64,000 nt of DNA from Candidatus Latescibacterota bacterium (GCA_965217585.1 OZ244561.1:3328001-3392000), one strand, 5' to 3'; positions 30,628 through 40,233 are shown, counted from the first letter of the stretch. The notes: generated from the letters alone by a model not told the origin. Program-made: numbers and translations.

Positions 30628-31184
30628 TAGGTATCCTCCTGAGTTTGGTGTTCCCACCGGTGTTTAAGAAGCCTAGATCTCTTCTAGGCGATATGCTCTT
30701 TATAGTTGTGGCGACTCGGTTTGGGATCACAGGCCGCCGCAGTTTGGGTCCGGTCCCGCAGCATTCGGCCACGGCGGTGGATCGACGGCGGGGGGATCCA
30801 TTCAAACAACGACTAACTATACTTATGCGGATATGAGTTGCTTCTTTGACTGCACGGAGGAGCACACCAACCTTTTACTTCCTTCTGTTCTGACGCTCAA
30901 ATGGTCTCGTCCGTTGCGCGGGGATGTGATCTCGTTTTGGTATCAGACCCTATCTACAACAGTCAGCTATAGGGGTGGCCAGACAGAGAATCCGGATGCT
31001 GATAGGTTGGTGCGAGCTTTGGTCTTGGAGCTAGTTGGGAGGGAAGTGGGGCGAGAAATCTCCGGCGCAAGACCGGGGATACGAATTGCGGAGCTGGTAA
31101 CGAGATCAAGCCGAAGCGGGCCGGCGTTTGCAAGCGAGACGGAGGGCCCCAAGTTCTCCACTTTGCTTGCAAACGTTTTTAGGC

Positions 31185-31213
31185 TTGCTAAAATAGATCC
31201 TGATAAGTATAGA
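31185..31213 (+). promoter_or_regulatory. Putative sigma70 promoter of the recombinase
   Basis: TTGCTA-17bp-TATAGA. Confidence 0.45.
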
Positions 31214-31287
31214 TAGACGGATTGAAATTACTGGAGAAACCACCAATACAAAGGCCCCGGCGATGCGGCAACATCGGAGAGCGCACC

Positions 31288-32226
31288 ATGCAGCAGCATA
31301 TCTCCTTACAACCCGCCCTCGATCCCACCCCCACGCCCGTATCCATCGACGTGGCTCGATTGATGCAGGCCAGCATCGCACCCAACACGGCGAAGGCGTA
31401 CCACGCCGCCCTCGACAAGCTAGCCGGGCACTTGAACGAGCAACCGCTGACCGACGCGGCGCTGGCCGACTACTTAGCCCGCTTACATGCCGCAGGATTG
31501 GCCCCGGCCTCTGTCGCCATCGCGGTGCAAGCCGTCCGCTTTTGGGAAAAGCTAGAAGGCCACCCGTCGAGTGTCGGCCCGTTGACGACCCGCACCCTAG
31601 CCGGGATCCGCCGCCAAGGACGCGGTCGTGGCCGCGGCCAAGTAACCGGATTGACCCGCGAGACGGTCCAACGCATGGCCCATACCGCCGCCAAGACCAA
31701 CACCGTGGCCGGATTGAGAGACGCCGCCCTATTCCGCGTGATGAGCGACGCCCTGTTGCGGATCGGCGAGGCCGTCGCCATCGACTGCGAGCACATCACG
31801 ACCGAGGCCGACGGTAGCGGGAGACTTGCGATCCACCGCAGCAAGACCGACCAGGAGGGGAAAGGCGCGAGCCTCTATTTGACCGCCCGCACCGTCGAGG
31901 CGATCCGCCAGCTACAGGCCCGCGCTGGCTACACGGATGGCCCGCTCTTTCGCCGGATGTTGAAGGGCGACCGCATGAGCACTGATCGCTTGACGGTGGA
32001 CGGGGCGCGGCTAGCCATCAAAACGTCCGCCAAGCAGGCCGGTGTCGAGGGCGTAAGCGGCCACAGCCTCCGCATTGGCACCGCCCAAGAGCTAGCCCAA
32101 CGCGGTGCTACCTTGGTCGAGTTGCAGAACGCCGGCCGCTGGACCGACAGCCAGATGCCCGCCCACTACACCCGCCAGCAGGCCGCCGGCAAGGGAGCCG
32201 TAGCCCGTTTGCTAGGAGCGGACTAA
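31288..32226 (+). CDS. Tyrosine recombinase (Cre-like)
   Basis: RDAALF..MSDALLRIGE, RSKTDQEG, SGHSLRIG, AGRW, PAHY: catalytic R-K-H-R-W-Y set intact. Confidence 0.92.
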   Translation: MQQHISLQPALDPTPTPVSIDVARLMQASIAPNTAKAYHAALDKLAGHLNEQPLTDAALADYLARLHAAGLAPASVAIAVQAVRFWEKLEGHPSSVGPLTTRTLAGIRRQGRGRGRGQVTGLTRETVQRMAHTAAKTNTVAGLRDAALFRVMSDALLRIGEAVAIDCEHITTEADGSGRLAIHRSKTDQEGKGASLYLTARTVEAIRQLQARAGYTDGPLFRRMLKGDRMSTDRLTVDGARLAIKTSAKQAGVEGVSGHSLRIGTAQELAQRGATLVELQNAGRWTDSQMPAHYTRQQAAGKGAVARLLGAD

Positions 32227-32261
32227 GAGAGTCCGTTGATGGACACTGGTTCCAGAGACGC

Positions 32262-32301
32262 AAAGACGCCCCAACCGTACAGCGGCGGTTGGGGCGTCTT
32301 T
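32262..32301. terminator. Bidirectional intrinsic terminator
   Basis: 16-bp stem AAAGACGCCCCAACCG/CGGTTGGGGCGTCTTT between convergent genes. Confidence 0.8.
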
Positions 32302-32363
32302 ATGCGGGCTAGTGATCCTCTATTCACTGATCGGACTGTCCCGTTTGGTCGTCGAATCCGCAT

Positions 32364-32615
32364 TTAACCGTCGGCATAGACGGGCCTATACAGCACGGAA
32401 GCAGGCAGTGTCATCGGTGGCTCTCCGATTCGTTTGATCAGATATGGACCGCGCCCGAAACGCTCTACGGCGTCTTGAGCGGCCTCTTCAAAAGACGAGT
32501 ATATCTCGACTAGCTTCTCGTCATGAACCAAAACCCACTTACCGAAGTGGTCGGTTTCAAGCGCATCGCGGATGCGCTCATAGGCGGCAATTTCTTTGCT
32601 TAAAGTGGTGGTCAT
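32364..32615 (-). CDS. Small DUF5678-like protein
   Basis: AYE....LE..HFGKWVLVHD...YSSFEEA...A..RFG.GPYLI; RBS AGGAG. Confidence 0.65.
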   Translation of the reverse strand: MTTTLSKEIAAYERIRDALETDHFGKWVLVHDEKLVEIYSSFEEAAQDAVERFGRGPYLIKRIGEPPMTLPASVLYRPVYADG

Positions 32616-32776
32616 GGCGGGGTCTCCTACTCTCCTTGGGTGTACCGTGAAGGTACTGGACGAGATAGAGGGGTGTTAATAAAAAGCAAGAACAAGAGAA
32701 AAGGGCTTCGGAATATTTAAAAAGCAATATCCGTGCCTGTTTTGCGCCGCTAGCGGCCAGATTTCAAAGTGACGCA

Positions 32777-32912
32777 TCACCCCACACCCGCCAAAGCCTC
32801 GCCCAATACCCTCCCTGTCCCTCGCCCTCGGCATTGACCGTAAACAAACACCCGTCGCATTCGTGCCCGGCCATCGCCACACCAGAGCCAATACCTCGCT
32901 TTCGTCCAGTTG
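32777..32912 (-). repeat. Internally deleted copy of the 3' region of gene 45880..47238
   Basis: Matches 45880-45982, then jumps to ~46170-46203; translates LDESEVLALVWR as in the intact gene. Confidence 0.88.
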
Positions 32913-32926
32913 TCCGGTCAGCCTCG

Positions 32927-34276
32927 TCAGGGCGCGACGACCCGCTTGAGTCGATCTTCGAAGTTGTCGCTCATCCTGTATATCCATTTACGCCCACCCG
33001 TGTACTTGACGATTAATCCCAGCCTGTCGAGAGCAAGGAGGTCGGTGCGTGCCGTCTCGTATGTGACGTTGTGGGATCGCCGGTGCCCATCTATGGTGTA
33101 CGAGGTGGCCGGGTGCTTCAGCATGTGCCCCAACAGGGCCACTTGGCGATGGTTTAGCACCAATGCCGCATCAGAACCGCGGAGCATGGCTTCCAGTCTG
33201 CTCGTCTCGCTGGTCTTGCGCGCCAAGTACGTATGCAAGAGGCGGATTGAGTCTAAGATCACCCGCAGGTTGTAGTCGAGAAAATACGTGACGTCGTTGT
33301 CGTCGATCTCGGAGAAGACGTATGCGCGAACGTACTGAGCGGGTGCCTTCTGAATAACCGACGAAATGGAGAGGAACTCGGTCAGCCAATACCCCGATCT
33401 CGCCATAGACCAGTAGAACAGTGCTCTTGCAGTCCGTCCATTTCCGTCTACAAACGGGTGGTCGTAGCCGACCATGAAGTGGAGGAGGATGGCTTTGACG
33501 ACCGGATGCAGGAATTGATCATCCTCGGTGCGTCCATTGGCGAAATCCAAGAGCAGTTCGATGCGGTCGCTGAGCTGACTGGCGTCCGGGGGCGTGTGAA
33601 CGACCTCGCCGTCGCGCTGGTCCACCACAGCGACCACGTCGGTCGGCCGCCGGAGCCGCCCGACTGCATCTGGATCGAGCGTCCCTTCCGTCAGTGTCCT
33701 TTGCAGGTCTATGAGCATGGGGACTGTCAGTTCTTCGTCGATGTTCTCGCGTAGAAACCCCATGCCTAGGTAGTTGTTGACGATCATCCGTTCGCTGTTG
33801 TCGCGTGGCGGGCGGCCTGATCTCAGCAGCTCCTTGGCAACCCGGCGGGTCGTGACGGCACCCTCTAGCTGGCTTGAGGTGATCGCCTCTTCGATCAGAG
33901 AGCTCATCAGATACCGTTCGCGGGAGCCGCTGTTGACCACGTCGCCGTGGGGAACCTCGATTCTCCCGCTCGCGTCCCGGTCCACCTGATGGAGCTGACG
34001 GTACAGGTTCCCCGTGTCGCTGAATGAGAACGGCCTGCCGCGAGTGTCCTTGAATGGCAACTCGTGCCGCGAAACCATGCGCTTGAACTTGACGGCAGTC
34101 CACCAGTCAAGGCTCGCAAACCCTTCCGGCGGGGGCAGGTGACGAAGCTGGTCCCAATGCAGGTACCTGTCCTTGGGCAGGCTGCCAATGTCCGACCTTA
34201 GCAACCTGACCAAGTCATTTGGTTCGTACGACGAGACCAACTCGTCGAAAGGCTTAGGGTTTTTGGGCATTCTCAT
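32927..34276 (-). CDS. Fic-domain protein with C-terminal wHTH
   Basis: SSQLEGA inhibitory motif, HPFVDGNGRTAR catalytic loop, TARTDLLAL..LGLI. Confidence 0.92.
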   Translation of the reverse strand: MRMPKNPKPFDELVSSYEPNDLVRLLRSDIGSLPKDRYLHWDQLRHLPPPEGFASLDWWTAVKFKRMVSRHELPFKDTRGRPFSFSDTGNLYRQLHQVDRDASGRIEVPHGDVVNSGSRERYLMSSLIEEAITSSQLEGAVTTRRVAKELLRSGRPPRDNSERMIVNNYLGMGFLRENIDEELTVPMLIDLQRTLTEGTLDPDAVGRLRRPTDVVAVVDQRDGEVVHTPPDASQLSDRIELLLDFANGRTEDDQFLHPVVKAILLHFMVGYDHPFVDGNGRTARALFYWSMARSGYWLTEFLSISSVIQKAPAQYVRAYVFSEIDDNDVTYFLDYNLRVILDSIRLLHTYLARKTSETSRLEAMLRGSDAALVLNHRQVALLGHMLKHPATSYTIDGHRRSHNVTYETARTDLLALDRLGLIVKYTGGRKWIYRMSDNFEDRLKRVVAP

Positions 34277-34355
34277 GGTTGAAGTCCGCTTCTATCTGAT
34301 GGGGATCGGCGGCGAAATGGCGTGAGTTGCTACTTCAGGATGACGAAATACTAAT

Positions 34356-34386
34356 TAATTACTAATTTATCCAAAATTAGTAATTA
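34356..34386. promoter_or_regulatory. AT-rich palindromic operator upstream of fic
   Basis: Perfect 13-bp IR TAATTACTAATTT-5bp-AAATTAGTAATTA. Confidence 0.6.
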
Positions 34387-34421
34387 GCACAAGCGACGGT
34401 GCTGTGTGAGCGCATCGTGTC

Positions 34422-34540
34422 GGGTGAGGAGTTGGAGTTGCCTAGGTTACTCGAAGAGCTTAACGTGGAATTGATGGCGCAGCGTCACAAGACGCCTTTG
34501 TCCATAGAAAAGGAACATGACTGATGTCGATCATAGCGGA
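34422..34540 (+). repeat. Third, partial copy of the antitoxin upstream region and first codons
   Basis: GAGTTGCCTAGGTTACTCGAAGAGCTTAACGTGG...CATAGAAAAGGAACATGACTGATGTC matches 18020-18130 and 37565-37675. Confidence 0.85.
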
Positions 34541-34641
34541 AGAGCTGTATTCGCTGAATATGCTCTACTGTCTGTGGGGCGGGATCACGCTCGACTTGGA
34601 GCGGGAACGAATCATTTCGCTCTGAAGCTCGCGCAACTGGG

Positions 34642-37212
34642 ATGGAAAGCATGGTGATGCAAAGGAAGGCAAACGTGGAAAACACGGAGCTTTGGAAACA
34701 AGGTTTCGGGGATGAGGGAAATAGCGAGAACGTAGCGCGGCTAGCGACCTCGCTCCGAAGCATCCGGAGGAACGCAGAGGCGCTAACGTCGAGAATAGCA
34801 GGCAGCTTGCCCGGACTGACGATTCACGACATATCCCACTTGGACGCGCTGTGGGAGGTTGCAAGTACTGTGGCGGGGTGTGACTTTCCGCTTAACCCCT
34901 TGGAGGCGTATGTCTTCGGCGCTTCCGTGCTGCTTCATGATGCTGGCCTCTGCTTCGAAGCGTACTCGGGAGGCCGAGCCGCTCTGCGCGACACGCTGGA
35001 GTGGCGTGACGCACACGGACGACTATCAAGGGGCGACGTACAAAACCTGGCGCAGGAGGCAGACTTCGAGGCCCTCAGGGCATTGCATGCATCGCAGGCG
35101 GCCCGGCTTGCGATCGTACCTTGGGTCGGGGAAGATGGAGAACTTTACCTCATCGACGACCGGGAGTTGCGTGAGAACTATGGCCAACTGATCGGCGATC
35201 TCGCGTCATCGCATCACTGGAATCTGGAACTGGTTGTGCAACGATTTTCAACACGGCGCCCGCCGGCCGCGTTCCTGGACGCTGACTGGGAGGTGGATTC
35301 CCTCAAAGTCGCGTGCATGCTTCGGGTTGCGGACGCGGGCCACATGGACGGCACTCGCGCGCCGTCCTTTCTCCTTAGAATCCTCCAGATGAACTCGCTC
35401 TCAAGAGCGCATTGGATGGCCCAAAACCGTCTCGGGAGACTAACAGTCAGACCCGATGATCCTGTGCAGTTAACGATCGCATCGACGAGCCCTTTCCCTC
35501 GGCACGAGGCGGCGGCTTGGTGGGTTGCCTTTGATCTGGTTGAGACCTTCGACAAGGAACTCCGTCAGTGCAACGACGTGCTTGATACTTCGCCGGGCGG
35601 GCCACGACCTACCTTCGCGGGAAAAAGGGTAGCCGGGGCAGGGCAAGTCAGAGAGCAGGTCAAGTACGTCGAAACGACAGGTTGGGAGCCTACGGATTCA
35701 ACCGTGCATGTGTCGGATGTTTCAGCGTTGGTGACCAAGCTGGGTGGGGAGCAGCTTTACGGGAAAGATGCTGATCGTCTCAATATTGCGTTGCGCGAAC
35801 TGATACAGAACGCCGCAGATGCGATCTGCGTGCGGCGGTCATTGGATAGCGGCGAGTTCGTAGGCCGCATCTTGGTCCGACTTAGAAGAGGGATGGACGG
35901 AGGATGGACTTTACAGGTGGACGACGACGGAGTGGGCATGTCGCAGGCGACGCTCACCACTGATTTGCTGGACTTCGGTCGGAGCTTTTGGGCAAGCGAA
36001 CGGGCAGCCCGGGAGTTTCCTGGAATCCATGCTTCGGGATACACGCCGATCGGCCGTTTCGGGATCGGATTCTTCTCGATCTTCATGGCTGCCAAAAAAG
36101 TCAATGTGTTCTCAAGACGGTTTGACAAGGGACTGGAGGACGCTAGGTGTCTGTCGTTCGACAACGGCATATCTCTTCGGCCCACTCTTAGCTACGACCG
36201 CCCGGATGATTTCGGAATGGATCTGTGCACAAGGGTAGAGTTGGAGCTGAAGCCGGATGTTGTGGAAAACCCTGATCAGATCAGGATACGGTGCAACGTC
36301 CAAGGACACGAGGAGTTCTCAGTGACGTTCGGGGACTACGTAGCCGCTATGGTTGCAGGTATCAACGTTCCGGTGGTGGTGGAGACCGCGAGTGGACGAC
36401 GGAGGGTGCACGAGGGATACCCTCCCGAACCTGAAAAACGGGAGGAATGGCTTGAGGCACTATCGTACGTCAACTCCGGAGTGAACGAAAGGGCGAAGGC
36501 AGGTCTGGCTCGGGCGATTCCCAGACTCAGAGAAATCCGGGATGGAGAGAAATGCTACGGTTTGGCAGCCATCGACGTATTGGGGCAGACAGGGGGCGCT
36601 TTTCTGTCCGGTAAAGCGGTCGGCGGTCTCGTAAATCCACATGGCCGCTATGACGATTCGTTCGTGGGCTTGATCGATCACGTTCCGACGACAGCGCGAC
36701 GGGATGCCGGTGAGATGGCAGCACCTCAGCACAGCATCGACACGTGGATGTCGGGGCAGATGGCTCTACTAAAAAAAGCGAATCTTTCGCAGATCGAGTC
36801 GATATTGGCTAGCTACTCGGTCTGTAGTTTAGGGTATGACCCGAAGGACGTTCTTCAAGGGCTCTTAGTAAATTCCCAAAGTCGAACAGCCTTCATGTCT
36901 ATACACGAGATTACGGACCATCTAAAGAGTGGCCTGCGGCTTGGATTTCTTCTGTCGCCTGCTATCGGCCATCACTTGGACCAGTTTTCGAATAGAGTAA
37001 GGATCTCTGGCATCTTGACCTGCGTTGTGATCACGAACGGGAAACTCAACGACGCGGCCATATCGGCTGGCGTTCCCGAAAACATGAACTCGCTCATCGG
37101 TGTTGTGCATCGAGTGCTGGTTGAGGCAGGTGAAAGTCCAAGATGGTCGATACAGGAAAAAGTCTATAGTAGTACGTTCGGTCAGGGGGACTTACTGGAG
37201 GTTTCAGTGTAG
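34642..37212 (+). CDS. HD-CE-like HD domain fused to HSP90/GHKL ATPase
   Basis: TIHD..H, LLHDAG, SHH, LRVAD; LRELIQNAADA, DDDGVGMS, GRFGIGFFS. Confidence 0.85.
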   Translation: MESMVMQRKANVENTELWKQGFGDEGNSENVARLATSLRSIRRNAEALTSRIAGSLPGLTIHDISHLDALWEVASTVAGCDFPLNPLEAYVFGASVLLHDAGLCFEAYSGGRAALRDTLEWRDAHGRLSRGDVQNLAQEADFEALRALHASQAARLAIVPWVGEDGELYLIDDRELRENYGQLIGDLASSHHWNLELVVQRFSTRRPPAAFLDADWEVDSLKVACMLRVADAGHMDGTRAPSFLLRILQMNSLSRAHWMAQNRLGRLTVRPDDPVQLTIASTSPFPRHEAAAWWVAFDLVETFDKELRQCNDVLDTSPGGPRPTFAGKRVAGAGQVREQVKYVETTGWEPTDSTVHVSDVSALVTKLGGEQLYGKDADRLNIALRELIQNAADAICVRRSLDSGEFVGRILVRLRRGMDGGWTLQVDDDGVGMSQATLTTDLLDFGRSFWASERAAREFPGIHASGYTPIGRFGIGFFSIFMAAKKVNVFSRRFDKGLEDARCLSFDNGISLRPTLSYDRPDDFGMDLCTRVELELKPDVVENPDQIRIRCNVQGHEEFSVTFGDYVAAMVAGINVPVVVETASGRRRVHEGYPPEPEKREEWLEALSYVNSGVNERAKAGLARAIPRLREIRDGEKCYGLAAIDVLGQTGGAFLSGKAVGGLVNPHGRYDDSFVGLIDHVPTTARRDAGEMAAPQHSIDTWMSGQMALLKKANLSQIESILASYSVCSLGYDPKDVLQGLLVNSQSRTAFMSIHEITDHLKSGLRLGFLLSPAIGHHLDQFSNRVRISGILTCVVITNGKLNDAAISAGVPENMNSLIGVVHRVLVEAGESPRWSIQEKVYSSTFGQGDLLEVSV

Positions 37213-37658
37213 AAGTACCTCGAACGCGGTGTGCTGTCGGCAATGCGGCCCTACTCGCTTGGGTATTTGCCGCCGAGGTCAGCTCATGTGCGGTCTGGGC
37301 CGTCGCCATCCGCACCGGGTATCCCAGCGACGGCGTGACGGTGCGGCAAAACAACAAACTGGCCGGCGGCTAGGACGTCTGGCATCTGCACACGCACGTG
37401 ATCCCGCTATAGACCCGCGATCAGAAAATCAGGGGCTGTATGTGCGGGCCGACGATCGCGACCGCGCGCTTACGCGGCTCGCCTGCGCGAGCTTCTAAGG
37501 TAGAACGCTGGCTGAAGCGCTCCTAGGCGAGCATCATCGATTCGGAGCGGCTTTCCTTCCTTCGGTGAGGAGTTTCCTGGGTTACTCAAAGAGCTTAACG
37601 TGGAGTTGGTGTCGCAGCGTCACAAGACGCCGTTACCCCTAGAAGAGAAGCATAACCG

Positions 37659-37859
37659 ATGTCAACCATAACGGAGATTCAGCAGGCGATCATAAGCCTT
37701 TCTAAATCTGACTACGCTCAACTGATGCGCTGGCTCAATGAATACGACTGGGAAGGGTGGGATCAGCAGATCGAAGCGGATTCGGACGACGGGAAGCTGG
37801 ACTTCCTAGTGGATCAGGCCACGGAAGCCAAACGACATGGCACGCTGGAAGGCCTGTAG
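37659..37859 (+). CDS. Putative antitoxin, second copy
   Basis: 61/66 aa identical to 18114..18314. Confidence 0.75.
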   Translation: MSTITEIQQAIISLSKSDYAQLMRWLNEYDWEGWDQQIEADSDDGKLDFLVDQATEAKRHGTLEGL

Positions 37860-37965
37860 TGCATAGGACGACGCCCGCTTTCCGGTCGCATTTTGAACGG
37901 CTGCCCGAAGTAGCCCAGAGAGTCGCAAGACGCAATTCTGAGCGCCTCAAGGAGAATCCAAGACA
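37859..37965 (+). pseudogene. Truncated RelE-like toxin
   Basis: VHRTTPAF.SHFERLPE...LKENPRH, then homology is lost. Confidence 0.8.
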
Positions 37966-38051
37966 TGTTGTCGGAGAACGACTTCGCAGCCCCAGAGGCT
38001 TGATAATCCATTGTGAAACGTTGGGAACTAACGCCGTAGGACTGTGGCTAG

Positions 38052-38837
38052 ATGAAGGTACAGATGGACAAGGAATCCCAAGAACGAATGCGGCTGTTGG
38101 CCAAGATGGTAAGGCACGGTGCTACCCAAGTTGAGATAGACGACCTCTTTAAGCAATCGCAGATAATCTGGAGGATCGGAGCGGATCAAGAAATATCTCA
38201 TACTTGCGTTCACTTAGAGGAGTTCATGTCAAGCGCAGCGCGAAACTGCAAGAAGGCTCTCCGAGTGATAGCTCGCATGCACAATTCAGGCAAACGCAAA
38301 GACCCTGACCTTCTAACTGCGTTAAAGAAGTACGTTGAAGATACATGCGAAGCTATTAAGAAGGTCGATAGTACACTCGGTCGTAATAGGTCAAGCCTCA
38401 CATCCCTGATTTACGAAATTCCCAACAAGACGTCAGGGGATGACGTATCGTGGCGCAACCTGATAGCCCGACGTGACGTGATAGCACATAGGCTCCTGAC
38501 TGTTGACGACGAGAGGGTCTATCATGAGGCCGAGCGTGACTTCGGATCCTTGGACGAGTTATTGTCAAAGGCCTACTTTGTCCCCGTCAAGACCGACCTC
38601 GGCAAGGGTGAGGGCTTTTCTCCTTTGCTTAGAGCGGACGCCTTGAGAAACCTCGCCCCCTCCTTGCATGGTAGGACTCCTAACTTAGGCGAATCTCTCA
38701 TATTTGTCTGTGAGGACAAAGTAGATGGATTCTTGTCGTTCAGATTAGGACGCACAGACAGCAACAAGGTCCTGCTTTCTGCATCTGCACCACGCCGCAT
38801 AGATTTCTCTTTACACGGATTGCAAATCGAGAGTTAG
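38052..38837 (+). CDS. Hypothetical protein with HEPN (HepT/DUF86-like) RNase motif
   Basis: SWRNLIARRDVIAH..LTVDDERVY contains R-X4-H in a HepT-like context. Confidence 0.65.
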   Translation: MKVQMDKESQERMRLLAKMVRHGATQVEIDDLFKQSQIIWRIGADQEISHTCVHLEEFMSSAARNCKKALRVIARMHNSGKRKDPDLLTALKKYVEDTCEAIKKVDSTLGRNRSSLTSLIYEIPNKTSGDDVSWRNLIARRDVIAHRLLTVDDERVYHEAERDFGSLDELLSKAYFVPVKTDLGKGEGFSPLLRADALRNLAPSLHGRTPNLGESLIFVCEDKVDGFLSFRLGRTDSNKVLLSASAPRRIDFSLHGLQIES

Positions 38838-39088
38838 TTCCAAGGATGGGAAACGGTCCTTAGTGGCCACGGCCGTGGGCGCTGGCGGGATGCCGCTGAA
38901 AGCGTTGCCCCGACGTACTACGTTGATGGACACTCATTCATTAGTTGGTGTGCTTAACCATTCAAGGTGCCGAGCCAGGGCAATCGCATTATAAGTTGAT
39001 TTTTACCATGCGGTTATGTTCCTTTTTCCCTTTCTATGGAACTTAGGTTCCAGTCCTCCCTTTTCCCTATTGCTTGGAGTGTGTCTGC

Positions 39089-40233
39089 ATGTCCTCATCA
39101 TCCTTGGGGTTGCTGGATTATTTGGCCGATGTTCCCGACCCGCGTATTGAGCGTTGTCGGGCGCATCGCTTGATTGATATCCTTATGATTGCGGTGTGCG
39201 GCTCCATTTGTGGGGCCGACAACTGGGTGGCGATCGCCGAATTTGGCCGGGCTAAAGCCGACTGGCTTAAGACCTTTCTAGCCTTGCCTAACGGCATCCC
39301 CTCGCATGATACCTTCGGTCGCGTGTTTGCCCGTCTTTCGCCTTGGCATTTCCAAGACTGTTTTACCGCTTGGGTGCAATCGCTGACACTCCCGTTGGCC
39401 GACGAGGGCGAGATCGTGCCGCTGGATGGCAAGACGCTGCGCCGCTCCTACGATACGGGTTCGGGCCAAGCCGCCATCCACATGGTGCATGCTTGGGCGG
39501 TAAAAAATCGGCTGGTCTTGGGGCAATTCCATGGTGAAGAAGCCTTGGAAGAAATTGCGATCATTCCCGAGTTATTGCGCGTGTTAGATCTCAAAGGCTG
39601 CCTGGTCACCACCGATGCGTTGGGGTGTCATAAGAGCACGGCCGAGCAGGTCGTCGAACAAGAGGCTGACTATGTGCTGGCCGTCAAGGCCAATCAACCC
39701 AAACTCCACGCCCATCTCCAACAGCTCTTTGACCGCTCCGACTCGAAACACCACGCCGATCCTACCGTAGATTATTGGTTTACTCAAGACCAAAACCACG
39801 GACGTTGCGAAACGCGGCACTACTGGACTACGAACCAGATTGAGACCTTTGCCGGACATGCCCACTGGCCGGGTTTACGCCTGTTCGGTATGGTCGAGGC
39901 GATCCGGCAAAGCGGCGATACGGTCTCGGTCGAACGACGCTACTATATCTCCACGCTGGACAACAACGCCCAACGATTGGGACAGGCCGTGCGCGGTCAT
40001 TGGGCCATTGAAAATTCATTACACTGGATCCTCGATGTCGTCCCCGCGTACGCGGGGATCAGTCCCGCATACGCCGGGGGCATGGCCCCGAAAATATGGC
40101 CGTTATACGCCACATCGCGCTCAATCTACTCCAGCAAGACAAAACGACCAAAGCCGGCATGCAAACCAAGCGGCTCAAGGCCGGGTGGGACCACAAATAT
40201 CTGGCTAACCTGTTGGCACATGGACAGTTATAA
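39089..40233 (+). pseudogene. ISAs1 transposase frameshifted at ~40043
   Basis: Homologous to 18692 up to LHWILDVV; the remainder (DQSRIRRGHGPENMA...GWD) is in another frame. Confidence 0.85.
40037..40065. repeat. Solitary type I-E CRISPR-repeat-like palindrome
   Basis: GTCGTCCCCGCGTACGCGGGGATCAGTCC, 29 bp, single copy in the window. Confidence 0.55.

Larger units (their letters stand above)
37298..37965 (+). repeat. Diverged duplicate of 17741..18420 (HIT 3' end, intergenic region, antitoxin, 5' part of toxin)
   Basis: Co-linear alignment; HIT part has a stop and frameshifts; identity ends at AATCCAAGACA. Confidence 0.92.

Noticed and set aside
32235-38934. Shared 14-mer CGTTGATGGACACT (32235 and 38921) as an att core
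   Set aside because: Several 14-bp matches are expected by chance in 64 kb, and there is no supporting flanking similarity.
40037-40080. CRISPR array
   Set aside because: Only one repeat-like unit, no spacer periodicity and no cas genes in the window.
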